Shown here in pieces: positions 1 through 9,066 of a stretch of DNA of 64,000 nucleotides (position 1 is the first letter of the stretch; each line of letters starts with the position of its first letter). The stretch comes from Vicinamibacteria bacterium (GTDB taxonomy: Bacteria; Acidobacteriota; Vicinamibacteria; Marinacidobacterales; Marinacidobacteraceae): NCBI GenBank assembly GCA_963422395.1, contig OY729431.1:1440001-1504000 (forward strand). The letters are read 5' to 3'. The notes beneath the pieces were generated by a model. That model was not told the DNA's origin. It worked only from the letters and a program-made list of their open reading frames with translations, and did no database searches. Both the position numbers and the translations under genes were made by a program.

Positions 1-2
1 TC

Positions 3-851
3 GCGTGCGCCGAGGAAATGCGGGAGGCGCTCTCGCGGCTATCGGACCAGCACCAGGCGCGCCGCCGCGCCGCCGCGGAAGCCGAAGCCGCTGCCGCCGA
101 GTATCGAGAGCTCGCCGGGGAGCTCACCGAAGCGCGCCGCCGCGCCGCCGCCGAACTTCGCCGCGGCATCCAGGCAGAGCTCGCCGGTCTCGGGATTCCG
201 GGCGCCCGCTTCGCTATCCGGATCGAGCCGCTCGCCGGCGCCCCCCGAAGCGTAAGAGACGGTTCCGGCCAGAGCGCTCCAGCCGGGGATTCCGACCCCG
301 GAGATCCGGAAACCAGCGGCTTCCGCGAGCACGGAACCGACCGCATCGAGTTCCGGTTCAGCGCCAACCCCGAGATGGAGCCGGCGCCCATGGGGCAGGT
401 GGTCTCGGGCGGGGAATCTTCTCGATTCTTCCTCGCGCTCAAGGCCGCGGGAGCGGGGAAGGGGGGCCCGCCCACGATCATCTTCGATGAGGCCGACCAG
501 GGGGTCTCGGGCCGAATCGCCGATGCAGTGGGGCGCCGCCTGGCGCGTCTCGCGGAGTCGCGGCAAGTGGTCTGCGTGACCCATCTTCCGCAGGTAGCCG
601 CCCTCGGAAGGATCCATCTGGTCGTCGAGAAACTAGAATCCGATGGCTCGATCCGGATTCGTTCCCTGGAGGGAAGGGGCCGGGTCGAGGAAATCGCCCG
701 AATGCTCGCCGGTCCCGTGGTCACCGAGAGCGCCCGCCGCCACGCACGCGAGCTCCTCGCCGGCGCCCCACGAATTTCCCAATCGACTTCCCAATCGACT
801 TCCCAATCGACTTCCCAATCGACTTCCCAGCCGCCCTCCGGCCGGCCATGA
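3..851 (+). CDS. recN: DNA repair protein RecN, C-terminal part (5' truncated by window)
   Basis: ABC signature VSGGE, Walker B IIFDEAD, VCVTHLPQVAA and RVEEIARML motifs typical of RecN. Confidence 0.93.
   Translation, partial: ACAEEMREALSRLSDQHQARRRAAAEAEAAAAEYRELAGELTEARRRAAAELRRGIQAELAGLGIPGARFAIRIEPLAGAPRSVRDGSGQSAPAGDSDPGDPETSGFREHGTDRIEFRFSANPEMEPAPMGQVVSGGESSRFFLALKAAGAGKGGPPTIIFDEADQGVSGRIADAVGRRLARLAESRQVVCVTHLPQVAALGRIHLVVEKLESDGSIRIRSLEGRGRVEEIARMLAGPVVTESARRHARELLAGAPRISQSTSQSTSQSTSQSTSQPPSGRP
776..829 (+). repeat. 12-bp tandem repeat TTCCCAATCGAC, 4.5 copies, encoding the SQST tail of RecN
   Basis: Exact copies at 776, 788, 800 and 812, partial copy at 824. Confidence 0.95.
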
Positions 852-2392
852 CGCTGCCGCCGTTGCCCACCGCGCTTTCGCTGGCCGAAGCAGCGGACAC
901 GCGCTCTCCTCGAGCGCAGGGCCTCCGCTTCCGGATCGAGACTTGGGGATGTCCGATGAATGTCCACGATTCGGAGAAGATGACCGCGGCGCTCGGAAGC
1001 CTCGGCTGCCGGCCGGCCGGAGCCGGTTTCGGGAGCCGGGAGTCCGCCGAATCCGCCGAAATCGTGGTGCTGAACACCTGTTCGGTGCGCGAAAAAGCCC
1101 AGGAGAAGGTCTTTTCGCGCGTTGCGCAACTGATGGCCGGGAGGAAGGGGCGCCCGCGCTTCATCGGAGTGGCGGGCTGCGTGGCCCAGCAAGAGGGCGC
1201 CTCGATCTTCAGCCGCGCCCCCGCCGTTGACTTCGTGCTCGGTACCCAGAGCATCGTCCGGCTGCCCAAGATCGTGCAGCGGCTGCTCGCTGGCGAATCG
1301 CGGATCGTGGAAACGGGCCGGCATCCGGAGAACCTGGACATACCGCCGGAGCAGATCGAGCGGATCCCGGGAGTCAAGGCCTACATCACCATCATGGAGG
1401 GTTGCGACAACTTCTGCTCGTTCTGCGTCGTCCCCTTCACCCGCGGCCGGGAGCGGTGCCGCCCGGTATCCGCCATCGTGCGGGAAGCCGAGTCGCTGGC
1501 CGGCGCCGGGTTTCGGGAGATCCAGCTGCTCGGGCAGAATGTGAACTCCTATCGCGATCCCGAAGACGGGCGGAGGTTTCCCGAATTGACCGATGCGGTC
1601 GGCGCGGTTCCGGGCATCCGCCGCATCCGGTTTACGAGCCCCCATCCGAAGGACTTCAGCGAAGGACTGATGGACCGCTTCGCCGCCGGCGGCCCGTTGA
1701 TGCCGCACATGCACTTGCCGGCGCAGTCGGGTTCCACCAGCGTGCTCGGGCGGATGCGGCGCGGCTATGGCCGCCGGGACTTTCTTCGCCTCGTGGAGAG
1801 GGCGCGGAAGAAGATGCCGGAGCTCGCCCTGTCCACCGACCTCATCGTGGGGTTCTGCGGAGAGACCCGCAGCGAATTCGAGGACACCCTGACGCTCCTC
1901 GACGCGGTGCGGTTCTCTTCGGCCTATTCCTTCAAGTACTCCGAACGCCCGCACACGCTCGCCTCGAAACGGCTGCCCGACGATGTTCCAGAAGCGGAGA
2001 AGACCGAGCGTCTCATCGAGCTGCAGGAGCGGCAGCGGGACATCCAGCTCGGTCTCAACCGCCAGCTGGTCGGAAAGGAGGTCGAGGTCCTCATCGAAGG
2101 ACCGAGCCGCCGCGGCGGACAGCTCGCCGGACGGAGCCCCGACAACCGCGTGGTGAACTTTCCCGGGCCGGAGGAAGCCATCGGCACCTTCAGCCGGGTC
2201 GCCATCACCGGCTACGGGCCGAACAGCCTGCTCGGTGCGTTGTTGGAGCTTCCTGCACCCCGCGCCGGATTCGCCTCCGACTCGGGGAAAGGCCTCTGTG
2301 CCCCCGAAATACCACTCCCGGTGATCTCCTCGGGAGCGGCTCCCGTTCTGCCCGGCGCCGGAGCCGGTCCGATACCCGCTCCGGAGCAGTGA
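848..2392 (+). CDS. miaB: tRNA-2-methylthio-N6-dimethylallyladenosine synthase MiaB
   Basis: TWGCPMNVHDSE, NTCSVRE, radical SAM CDNFCSFC motif and C-terminal TRAM-like region. Confidence 0.95.
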   Translation: MTLPPLPTALSLAEAADTRSPRAQGLRFRIETWGCPMNVHDSEKMTAALGSLGCRPAGAGFGSRESAESAEIVVLNTCSVREKAQEKVFSRVAQLMAGRKGRPRFIGVAGCVAQQEGASIFSRAPAVDFVLGTQSIVRLPKIVQRLLAGESRIVETGRHPENLDIPPEQIERIPGVKAYITIMEGCDNFCSFCVVPFTRGRERCRPVSAIVREAESLAGAGFREIQLLGQNVNSYRDPEDGRRFPELTDAVGAVPGIRRIRFTSPHPKDFSEGLMDRFAAGGPLMPHMHLPAQSGSTSVLGRMRRGYGRRDFLRLVERARKKMPELALSTDLIVGFCGETRSEFEDTLTLLDAVRFSSAYSFKYSERPHTLASKRLPDDVPEAEKTERLIELQERQRDIQLGLNRQLVGKEVEVLIEGPSRRGGQLAGRSPDNRVVNFPGPEEAIGTFSRVAITGYGPNSLLGALLELPAPRAGFASDSGKGLCAPEIPLPVISSGAAPVLPGAGAGPIPAPEQ

Positions 2393-2403
2393 GGAGCCGA
2401 CCC

Positions 2404-2904
2404 ATGGAGATCGAGATGAGCATCAAGGCCATCCTCATGGTGCCCCGCACGAGTGCCGCGGTGGTGATGCTCAAGGAGGAGGCCGGAGACCGGGAAGTGC
2501 CGATCTGGGTCGGCCCCATGGAAGTCCGCGCCATCGGACTCCAGATCGAGAACTATGAACCGCCCCGGCCGTTCACCCATGATCTGATCCGGGAACTGCT
2601 GCGCGAGATGGATGCTCGGGTCACCAAGGTGGTGATCCACGATGTGCAGGACAACACCTTCTACGCCCATGTGCATATCGAGCGGAAGCGGCAGCGGATG
2701 GCAGTGGACGCGCGTCCGAGCGACGCGATCGCCCTCGCGCTGCGTACCCGCGCTCCCATCTTCGTGCACTCCCGGGTGATCGAGCGGGGGGCCAAGAGCG
2801 CCGAAGAACTCATGGCCGAGGATGTCGAGCCGCCCGAGGACAGCGAAGAGTTGGCCGACTGGCTGGAATCCCTCGACGAGGAAGATCTTGGCGACGCGCA
2901 CTGA
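2404..2904 (+). CDS. Bifunctional nuclease family (DUF151) protein
   Basis: VPIWVG, PRPFTHDL and DARPSDAIALA motifs; ATG at 2404 inside the longer ORF 1402..2904. Confidence 0.9.
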   Translation: MEIEMSIKAILMVPRTSAAVVMLKEEAGDREVPIWVGPMEVRAIGLQIENYEPPRPFTHDLIRELLREMDARVTKVVIHDVQDNTFYAHVHIERKRQRMAVDARPSDAIALALRTRAPIFVHSRVIERGAKSAEELMAEDVEPPEDSEELADWLESLDEEDLGDAH

Positions 2905-2923
2905 GGATTCGGAGACCGCGCGG

Positions 2924-3700
2924 ATGGGTGCCACCATCACCGTCGCCAACCAGAAGGGCGGGGTGGCGAAGACCACGACTGCGGTCAACCTCGCGGCGGC
3001 GCTGGCGGAAGCCGGGCACCGTACTCTGCTCGTGGATGTGGACCCCCAGGCGAATGCCTCGGTGAGCTTTCTCGGGCGGGATTCCGCCGAGGAATCCCTC
3101 TTCGATGCACTGACCGGAGAGGCGCGGTTCAGTGAAATCATCCGCCCCGCGCCGGTCGAACGCCTCTCGGTGGCGCCCGCCCGCATCTCGCTGGCCAAAC
3201 TGGAACGCCAGCTGCTCGGGGACATGGACGCCCACTACCGCTTGCGCGATCGAATCCAGCATGTCCGGGAGCAGTTCGATTTCGTGGTGATCGATACGCC
3301 CCCCACCCTCGGGCTGCTCACCGTGAACGCGCTCGTGGCGAGCGACTATCTGCTGCTTCCGCTGCCGCCGAGCTTCTATGCACTCGAGGGAGCGGACGAC
3401 CTGCTGGACACCCTGGAACAGATCCGCCGCCGGCCGAACCCCGACCTGACCCTCCTCGGAGTGCTGATCACCATGGTGGACAAGCGCACGCGGATCTCCC
3501 GAGATGCGGTCCGACGCATCCGCCGCCATTTCGACCGGGTCGTGTTCCGAACCATGATCCACCGGAATGTGCGGCTCGAAGAAAGTCCCGCCTTTCAGGA
3601 GTCCATCTTCGCTTTCGCCCCGACCTCCCGGGGCGCCGAGGACTACCGGAGTCTCTCGGAGGAGGTTCTCACTCGTGTCCAAGCGAACCGGCCTTCCTGA
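2924..3700 (+). CDS. parA: ParA/Soj family ATPase
   Basis: NQKGGVAKTTT deviant Walker A, DVDPQANA, IDTPP, RNVRLEESP. Confidence 0.92.
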   Translation: MGATITVANQKGGVAKTTTAVNLAAALAEAGHRTLLVDVDPQANASVSFLGRDSAEESLFDALTGEARFSEIIRPAPVERLSVAPARISLAKLERQLLGDMDAHYRLRDRIQHVREQFDFVVIDTPPTLGLLTVNALVASDYLLLPLPPSFYALEGADDLLDTLEQIRRRPNPDLTLLGVLITMVDKRTRISRDAVRRIRRHFDRVVFRTMIHRNVRLEESPAFQESIFAFAPTSRGAEDYRSLSEEVLTRVQANRPS

Positions 3701-4574
3701 AGCTGTCGGCCTGCGGCCCCGAGAACGCCACTATGTGGCTGGGCTCGCTCCCGAAGAGCCTGGCGCCCGACAGCGGATGATTCCGACCGCGCAGATCCAC
3801 CCGAACCCCGAGCAGCCGCGCCAGCGCATCGGGGCGCTGGATCCGCTCGCCACCTCGATTCGCGATCAGGGTGTGCTGCAGCCGATCCTGGTGCGCCGCC
3901 TCGGCCCCAAGGATTTCCAGATCATCGCCGGCGAGCGCCGCTACCGGGCAGCGGTGCTGGCCGGACTTCGCGAAGTGCCGTGTGTGGAGCGGGAGGCCAG
4001 CGCCGGGCAATCGCTGGAGCTCGCGCTGGTCGAGAATGTCCTGCGGGATGACCTGTCCCCTTTCGAGGAAGCGGCTGCGTACGAGGGGTTGATCCGCGAA
4101 CACGGACACACTCATGAATCGCTGGCGCGGCGGGTGGGGAAACCGCGGACTTCGATCACCGAGACGCTCGCGCTATTGAACATCCCGCAAGAGATCCGCG
4201 AACTCTGCTGGGCCGCCGGCCTCCACTCCCGGCGGCAGCTGCTGCGAGTCGCCCGGGAGCCGAACGCCGAAGCGATGGCGAATCGGGCCCAGCGGATCGC
4301 CCGGGGGTTGGAAGATCGGACACCGCCGCGCCGAAGGGCCTCCGAAACGCGAGCCCGTCCTTTCGTGTTCCGGTACGCCCCCAAAGGGGGACCGTTCCGG
4401 TTGCAGATGACCTTCCGCCGGAGCGATGTCGAAGAGACCGAGGTCGTGGAGGCGTTGCGTGACTTGTTGCGGCAGTTGGAATCCTCGAAAAAAGAAGGGA
4501 CACCCGATTCTGCTCCGAAAGCCGATGTCGGCGTGCCGACATCAGATGCAAGCGGTTCTAAATCAAGGACTTAG
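3675..4574 (+). CDS. parB: ParB/Spo0J family partition protein
   Basis: PNPEQPR, GVLQPILVR, IIAGERRYRA, ENVLRDDL and an HTH; GTG start overlaps the end of parA. Confidence 0.9.
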   Translation: MSKRTGLPEAVGLRPRERHYVAGLAPEEPGARQRMIPTAQIHPNPEQPRQRIGALDPLATSIRDQGVLQPILVRRLGPKDFQIIAGERRYRAAVLAGLREVPCVEREASAGQSLELALVENVLRDDLSPFEEAAAYEGLIREHGHTHESLARRVGKPRTSITETLALLNIPQEIRELCWAAGLHSRRQLLRVAREPNAEAMANRAQRIARGLEDRTPPRRRASETRARPFVFRYAPKGGPFRLQMTFRRSDVEETEVVEALRDLLRQLESSKKEGTPDSAPKADVGVPTSDASGSKSRT

Positions 4575-4662
4575 CTATCTAAACAGTGCACTGTCAACCC
4601 ATCCTAAAATGGCCCATCTCCTCCCGTCGGCACTTCCGGCGCCGGCTACAATAAGGTTGCTC

Positions 4663-5250
4663 ATGCGACAGACCTCCGCTTCCGTCTCTCTGCTACCGGC
4701 CGGCGTTGCCCTGGCGCTGGCGTTGGGCGCCTCCCCGACGCTGGCAAGTGCCCAGGGCACCGACACGCCGACTGTCCGGGTCGGAGATCCAGCTCCGGAT
4801 TTCACTCTCGAGGATGCCCGCGGCGTCTCCTATCGGCTGTCCGAGATGGTGAAGAATGGACCCGTCGTACTCGAATTCTTCCGTAGTGGTGATTGGTGAC
4901 CTTTCTGCATCGCGCAACTCGGCGAGTTGCAAGAGTCACTGGATCACTTCCGAGAGGCCGGAGCTGCGGTGCTCGGGATCTCGAAGTACGGGGCGGGGGA
5001 CACTCTCGCTTGGCTTTCGAAGCACGACTGGACCTTCCCGATCCTGGTGGACGGCGGCCCGGTCATCCGCCGCTACGGCATACCCAACCCGGACCATGAG
5101 GGCACCGATCGCCAAGGCATCCCGCATCCGGCGACCATCATCGTGGACCGAGACGGGATCGTGCGTTTCGTGAATATCTGGGTGAACTACCGCAATCGGA
5201 CATCTCCCGACGATATCCTCGCCGAGCTCGCCCGGCTCGCAGGCTCCTGA
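4663..5250 (+). CDS. Secreted AhpC/TSA (thioredoxin-fold) protein, probable selenoprotein (UGA at 4897-4899 read as Sec, motif W-U-P-F-C)
   Basis: ORFs 4426..4899 and 4927..5250 are in one frame. VGDPAPDFTL...FFRSGDW*PFC...HPATIIVDRDGIVRF forms one AhpC/TSA domain with TGA at the first Cys of CxxC. Confidence 0.88.
4914..4930 (+). promoter_or_regulatory. Candidate bacterial SECIS hairpin
   Basis: GCAACTC-GGC-GAGTTGC perfect 7-bp stem starting 14 nt after the in-frame TGA. Confidence 0.7.
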
Positions 5251-5263
5251 GAGGCCCACCACC

Positions 5264-5821
5264 ATGTCTCGTTTTCTCCGTAATCAACTGTTGGCAGGAT
5301 CGTTCGCTCTGCCTGCCGCCGGTGCGCTCGCAGTCCAGGTTCCCGTCATTCCCGACTGGGGGAATGCTGCTCGATTCGAACTCGTGGCATCTCAGATGCC
5401 GGTGCGGCCCGGGGACCGGTTCGAGGTCGCGGTGGTCGCCGAGCTCGATGCTGGGTATCACCTCTACGGGCCCGAAGAGGCGCCGCCAACAGCCACCGTA
5501 GTGGAATTCCTCGGCGGAGACGCCTTCGAGAGCGACGCCCCGGACTACCCCGAGCCGATCCGCCGGGACCTGTCCGGGCTCGGAGAGTACGATCTTTACG
5601 AGGGGACGGTGGCGATCCGGATTCCGGTCACTTCCGTCGTGAGGGGCGGTCGGTCCGCGAAAGCCGAAGTGTTGGTGCGCTATCAACTGTGCACCGACGA
5701 TGCTTGTAGTGCTCCCACGAGTGCGACTCTGGGGATCGAGATCCCGGTAGCGGAAAAGGGCGCGCCGGTGGAGAATCTGCACCCGGAGGTTTTCGAGGCG
5801 CCGCAGGGAGCGAACCGATGA
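5264..5821 (+). CDS. Stand-alone DsbD N-terminal-like (Ig-fold thiol:disulfide interchange) protein
   Basis: Signal-like N-terminus, GYHLYG, YEGTV and YQLCTDDAC motifs. Confidence 0.75.
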   Translation: MSRFLRNQLLAGSFALPAAGALAVQVPVIPDWGNAARFELVASQMPVRPGDRFEVAVVAELDAGYHLYGPEEAPPTATVVEFLGGDAFESDAPDYPEPIRRDLSGLGEYDLYEGTVAIRIPVTSVVRGGRSAKAEVLVRYQLCTDDACSAPTSATLGIEIPVAEKGAPVENLHPEVFEAPQGANR

Positions 5822-6303
5822 GCAGAGTGGTTCACACCTGCCACGCCCGCGTGGTGAAGCAGGCGGGTCCGGTTCGGGAGGCGTTCCTCGAAAATTTCGA
5901 GACACCGGTGCGCTTCGGAATCCACAGCGGGATCGCAGACTTCTATGGGGTGAGCCCGGCGGAGGAGCTGCCCGCTACTCTCGATTATGTGGTCGCTGCG
6001 ACCGGTGGTTGAATGGTCGGGACCTTCGGGCGGGCACTCGAAGCACGCGGAATTCCCAGCCAGCCGGGTCGGCTCTTCGCCGAGGTAGAAGGGGACATCG
6101 TGGACGAGGATGGAGTGATGGCGCTGCGCGCGCTGCGGATTCACTACCGGGTTTCCATTCCGCCCGGAAAAAAGGAAGAGGCGGAACGGGCGCTTCATTT
6201 CCACGAACGACGCTGCCCGCTGGCCAATACCCTTCGAGGGGTGGTGGAGCTCAGCTGCACCGCCGAGTTCTCCGAGCTGGAAGTCTCTGATCCCGCGCTC
6301 TGA
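5818..6303 (+). CDS. OsmC-like protein, probable selenoprotein (UGA at 6010-6012 read as Sec)
   Basis: ORFs 5818..6012 and 6013..6303 are in one frame. TLDYVVAATGG*MVGTF puts TGA at the OsmC catalytic Cys; second Cys in RCPLANTL. Confidence 0.85.
6024..6043 (+). promoter_or_regulatory. Candidate bacterial SECIS hairpin
   Basis: CTTCGGG-CGGGCA-CTCGAAG stem with one G-U pair, starting 11 nt after the in-frame TGA. Confidence 0.65.
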
Positions 6304-6316
6304 GAGTCGAGCGCCC

Positions 6317-6838
6317 GTGAGCGCAGATCCTTCCGCAGCCGCGCTTCGCGGGCTCATGCAGCGTGCGCCCCAGTTGGTCACCGTGGTGACCGCGAGCGGC
6401 GCGGAGGGGCCGCGTGGGATCACCGTGAGTTCCTTCGTCCCGGTGAGCATGGAACCGCCTCTGGTGCTCGTTTCCATCCAGCGCACCGCGAGAGCCCACG
6501 ACGCGATCTCCGCGGGCCGCTTCCGAGTCCACTTGCTGGCGGCGGATCAGGCCCGGATTTCCCGGCACTTCGCGAAACCGGGACTGGACTCGCAGCAGCA
6601 GTTCGAGGGAACATTTCGGGCAGGGGTCGAAGCGGCGGGGGCAGGGGCGCCCCCGTGGATTCCAGGCTGTATCGGCTGGACGGAATGCCGCACGGTCTCG
6701 AAGTACGCCGAGGGAGATCACACGCTGTTCCTGGGGCGGGTGGTCGAAGGCCGGGTGGAGCGCGGGGATGCGCCGCCGCTCCTGTATCACGACCGCGGCT
6801 ACCGGAAGGTCGGGGAGAGGCTCGATGCAGAAGGCTGA
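6317..6838 (+). CDS. Flavin reductase family protein
   Basis: VTVVT, GITVSSFVPVSMEPPLV, GDHTLFLG and PLLYH motifs. Confidence 0.9.
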   Translation: MSADPSAAALRGLMQRAPQLVTVVTASGAEGPRGITVSSFVPVSMEPPLVLVSIQRTARAHDAISAGRFRVHLLAADQARISRHFAKPGLDSQQQFEGTFRAGVEAAGAGAPPWIPGCIGWTECRTVSKYAEGDHTLFLGRVVEGRVERGDAPPLLYHDRGYRKVGERLDAEG

Positions 6839-7721
6839 CAGGATTCTGCTCGCCGCAGTCTTGCTTGGAGCGTTCGCTGCCGGGCTTTCTGGATGCGGCG
6901 GGAGTGCAGACGAGGAGCCGGCCCCGGTCGAACCGCCGCCGCCAGCGGAGCCCGCACCCGAACCACCGCCGCCGCCACCGGAGCCGGTCCGCACCCCGCC
7001 TTCACCGCCGGCGACCGGGAGGCTCGAGGTGAACGGCACTCCGGGCGCCGTGGTGTTTTGGGACGGTGAACGGCTCGGCGAGGCGCCGGGTGCGTGGGAC
7101 GATCTCGACGCTGGGGAATATTCGGTTCGGGTGGAAAAGGACGGCTTCCACCCTCTCGAAGTCACAATCACCATTCGGGGCGGCAGAACCCGCTCGTTGT
7201 CAGCGGAATTGACCGAAAAGCTCGGGTCCATCGTCGTCGAGAGCGATATTCCGGGTGCCATGGTCTTCCTGGATCGGACCTTCGAGGGCAACACTCCGGT
7301 CACTATCGAGGAGCTGCGCCCCGGTTCCTACACGCTGACCGTGTCAGCGGAGGGACACGAGGTGCACACCCGGCGCGTCGAAGTGGAGCGGTCTCCCGTC
7401 CCGGTGCGGGTGGAACTCGGAGAATCGGCGACGACGGCGGCGGTGGAAGTGCAGGTGACCGTGGTGCACAAGCACCGGTTCGGGTCATGCGATGGCGAAC
7501 TCGCGGCGACCGGAGACGGCTTCCACTACCGCACCGGGCACAAGGATGCCTTCGAGCTTCCGTTCGCTCGGGTCGAAGCCTTCGAACTGGACTATGTCCG
7601 GAACAACCTGCGGCTGAAGGTGCGAGGCGGGCGGACCTACAACTTCGAGTCTCCGACGGAAGACCTCGACAGCCTCTTCGTCTTCCACCGTGATGTCACA
7701 GCTCTCAAAGAATCCCAGTGA
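6825..7721 (+). CDS. PEGA-domain lipoprotein
   Basis: Lipobox LSGC, Pro-rich linker and two PEGA-like repeats (PGAVVFWDG...GEYSVRVEKDG; PGAMVFLD...GSYTLTVSAEG). Confidence 0.82.
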   Translation: MQKADRILLAAVLLGAFAAGLSGCGGSADEEPAPVEPPPPAEPAPEPPPPPPEPVRTPPSPPATGRLEVNGTPGAVVFWDGERLGEAPGAWDDLDAGEYSVRVEKDGFHPLEVTITIRGGRTRSLSAELTEKLGSIVVESDIPGAMVFLDRTFEGNTPVTIEELRPGSYTLTVSAEGHEVHTRRVEVERSPVPVRVELGESATTAAVEVQVTVVHKHRFGSCDGELAATGDGFHYRTGHKDAFELPFARVEAFELDYVRNNLRLKVRGGRTYNFESPTEDLDSLFVFHRDVTALKESQ

Positions 7722-7736
7722 ATACCGCACAATAAA

Positions 7737-7764
7737 ACTAAACATAATATACCTTATCGGAAGT
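7737..7764 (-). other. XerC/XerD dif-like chromosome dimer resolution site
   Basis: Minus strand reads ACTTCCGATAA-GGTATA-TTATGTTTAGT (11-6-11). The right arm matches the XerD arm consensus TTATGTTAAAT at 9/11; the site lies in a rare AT-rich intergenic patch. Confidence 0.82.
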
Positions 7765-7793
7765 CACTGAAAGACCTTCTCCAGACCACTTTA

Positions 7794-7816
7794 GAAGACA
7801 CCAAGCCTTGGTCTTC
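7794..7816. terminator. Hairpin between convergent genes, possible terminator
   Basis: GAAGA(CA)CCAAG-C-CTTGG-TCTTC inverted repeat; no U-tract. Confidence 0.35.
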
Positions 7817-7993
7817 ACCGCACAGCGGCCGGAGCACCGCTTTGGTCTTCCGCCGGGTAGAAGAACGACCCCCTGCTTCGCATCCCTTCGAGGGGTTGCC
7901 GTCGCAAGCCAGTGGCGGCTTGGTAGCGTGGCTGGTAATGGTGCCCGCTCGCGTCGGGGCTCGTTCCTTGGAAGCCCGTGAAGGGGTGAGAAC

Positions 7994-8458
7994 CTACGTT
8001 GCCGGCGCGCCGAATCGTTCCCGCAGCCGCGTGGTTCGGTAGGCGAAGATCCGCCGCAGGTCTGGCGCGACCAGAAAGCGGTGGACCAGCCAACCTCCCG
8101 GTGCCTGGTAGCGAACTTCGTCGGTAGCGACGACTATGGGTTTCTCGCCCTCCCGTTCCTGGACTTCGAAGCGGTGTTCGTGGATCCAGGTCCGATAGGG
8201 GCCGACCAACTGCTCGTCCACGAAGCGGTTGGGAGGATCCCAGGCAGTGATTTCACTGCGCCAGCGCAGCGGCAGACCGTGAACCCGTAACCGGTAGTCG
8301 ATCTGCGTCCCGATGGCCATCGGGATCTCGCCCTCGTTGGTCACCCGAAAACGGAGCCATGGGGGGGTGAGTTCTTGCAGATTCCTGGCATCCGCGAAGA
8401 AGCGGAAGATGTCGTCGAGGGGAGCGGCCAAGTCGATGGAACATCGAAAGACAGGCAT
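7994..8458 (-). CDS. SRPBCC (START-fold) family protein
   Basis: NLQELTPPW, W.SEITAWDPP.RFVDEQ..GPY..W.HEH motifs. Confidence 0.88.
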   Translation of the reverse strand: MPVFRCSIDLAAPLDDIFRFFADARNLQELTPPWLRFRVTNEGEIPMAIGTQIDYRLRVHGLPLRWRSEITAWDPPNRFVDEQLVGPYRTWIHEHRFEVQEREGEKPIVVATDEVRYQAPGGWLVHRFLVAPDLRRIFAYRTTRLRERFGAPAT

Positions 8459-8599
8459 CGTTATCCTGATGGTAACCTTCGTTCGTTACCTCCTCTTTCG
8501 ACGCGCTGACCGGGCGGTGCCAGATCTGCGGCCGCCCAACCCGCCGTCCCTCGGAACGAAGTCCCAGCCCACAGCGGCGGGCATGAGGCAACTACCGTA

Positions 8600-9043
8600 A
8601 TGGCGCAAGACCGCGCAGTCTCGGCGGAGGCTCGAATCCCCGGCATCGACTACGAACCGGACCGGAATGGGAAGGAAAACGGCGAACGGCAGAAGAGCGG
8701 TTCATCGACACCTGCGTCCTATTCGATGCTCGAGCCGCGCATGAAGTCGATCTACGGCCAGTTCTACAAGGAGACCTACTTTTCGGACGACCGCCACCTG
8801 GACCCGAAAGTCCAGGAACTGATCGCGCTCGCCTGTTCGCTCGTCGCCAAGTGCGAAGGGTGTCTCGACGGTCATGTGAAAAAGGCGATCAAGGCCGGCG
8901 CCACCAGGGAAGAGATCAGCGAGGCCATCGTGATCGCCATCGGTATCAACGCCGCGGCGATCGTGGATCAGACGGACCGCACGGCGGCCCGCCTCGGTCT
9001 GAACCACTTCCCGGCAGCGCTGCGCCCGCCGCGCGCCAAGTAG
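8600..9043 (+). CDS. AhpD / carboxymuconolactone decarboxylase family protein
   Basis: LDPKVQELIALA...CEGCLDGH...GATREEISEA; start could instead be 8726. Confidence 0.85.
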   Translation: MAQDRAVSAEARIPGIDYEPDRNGKENGERQKSGSSTPASYSMLEPRMKSIYGQFYKETYFSDDRHLDPKVQELIALACSLVAKCEGCLDGHVKKAIKAGATREEISEAIVIAIGINAAAIVDQTDRTAARLGLNHFPAALRPPRAK

Positions 9044-9066
9044 TCCCCTTCCCTCTCCGGCTCTAG

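Noticed and set aside
7815-7990. Possible ncRNA or small ORF next to the dif-like site
   Set aside because: No recognisable RNA family signature, RBS or protein motif.
8600-9043. Third selenoprotein in the AhpD-like gene
   Set aside because: The CEGC motif uses normal Cys codons and there is no in-frame TGA.
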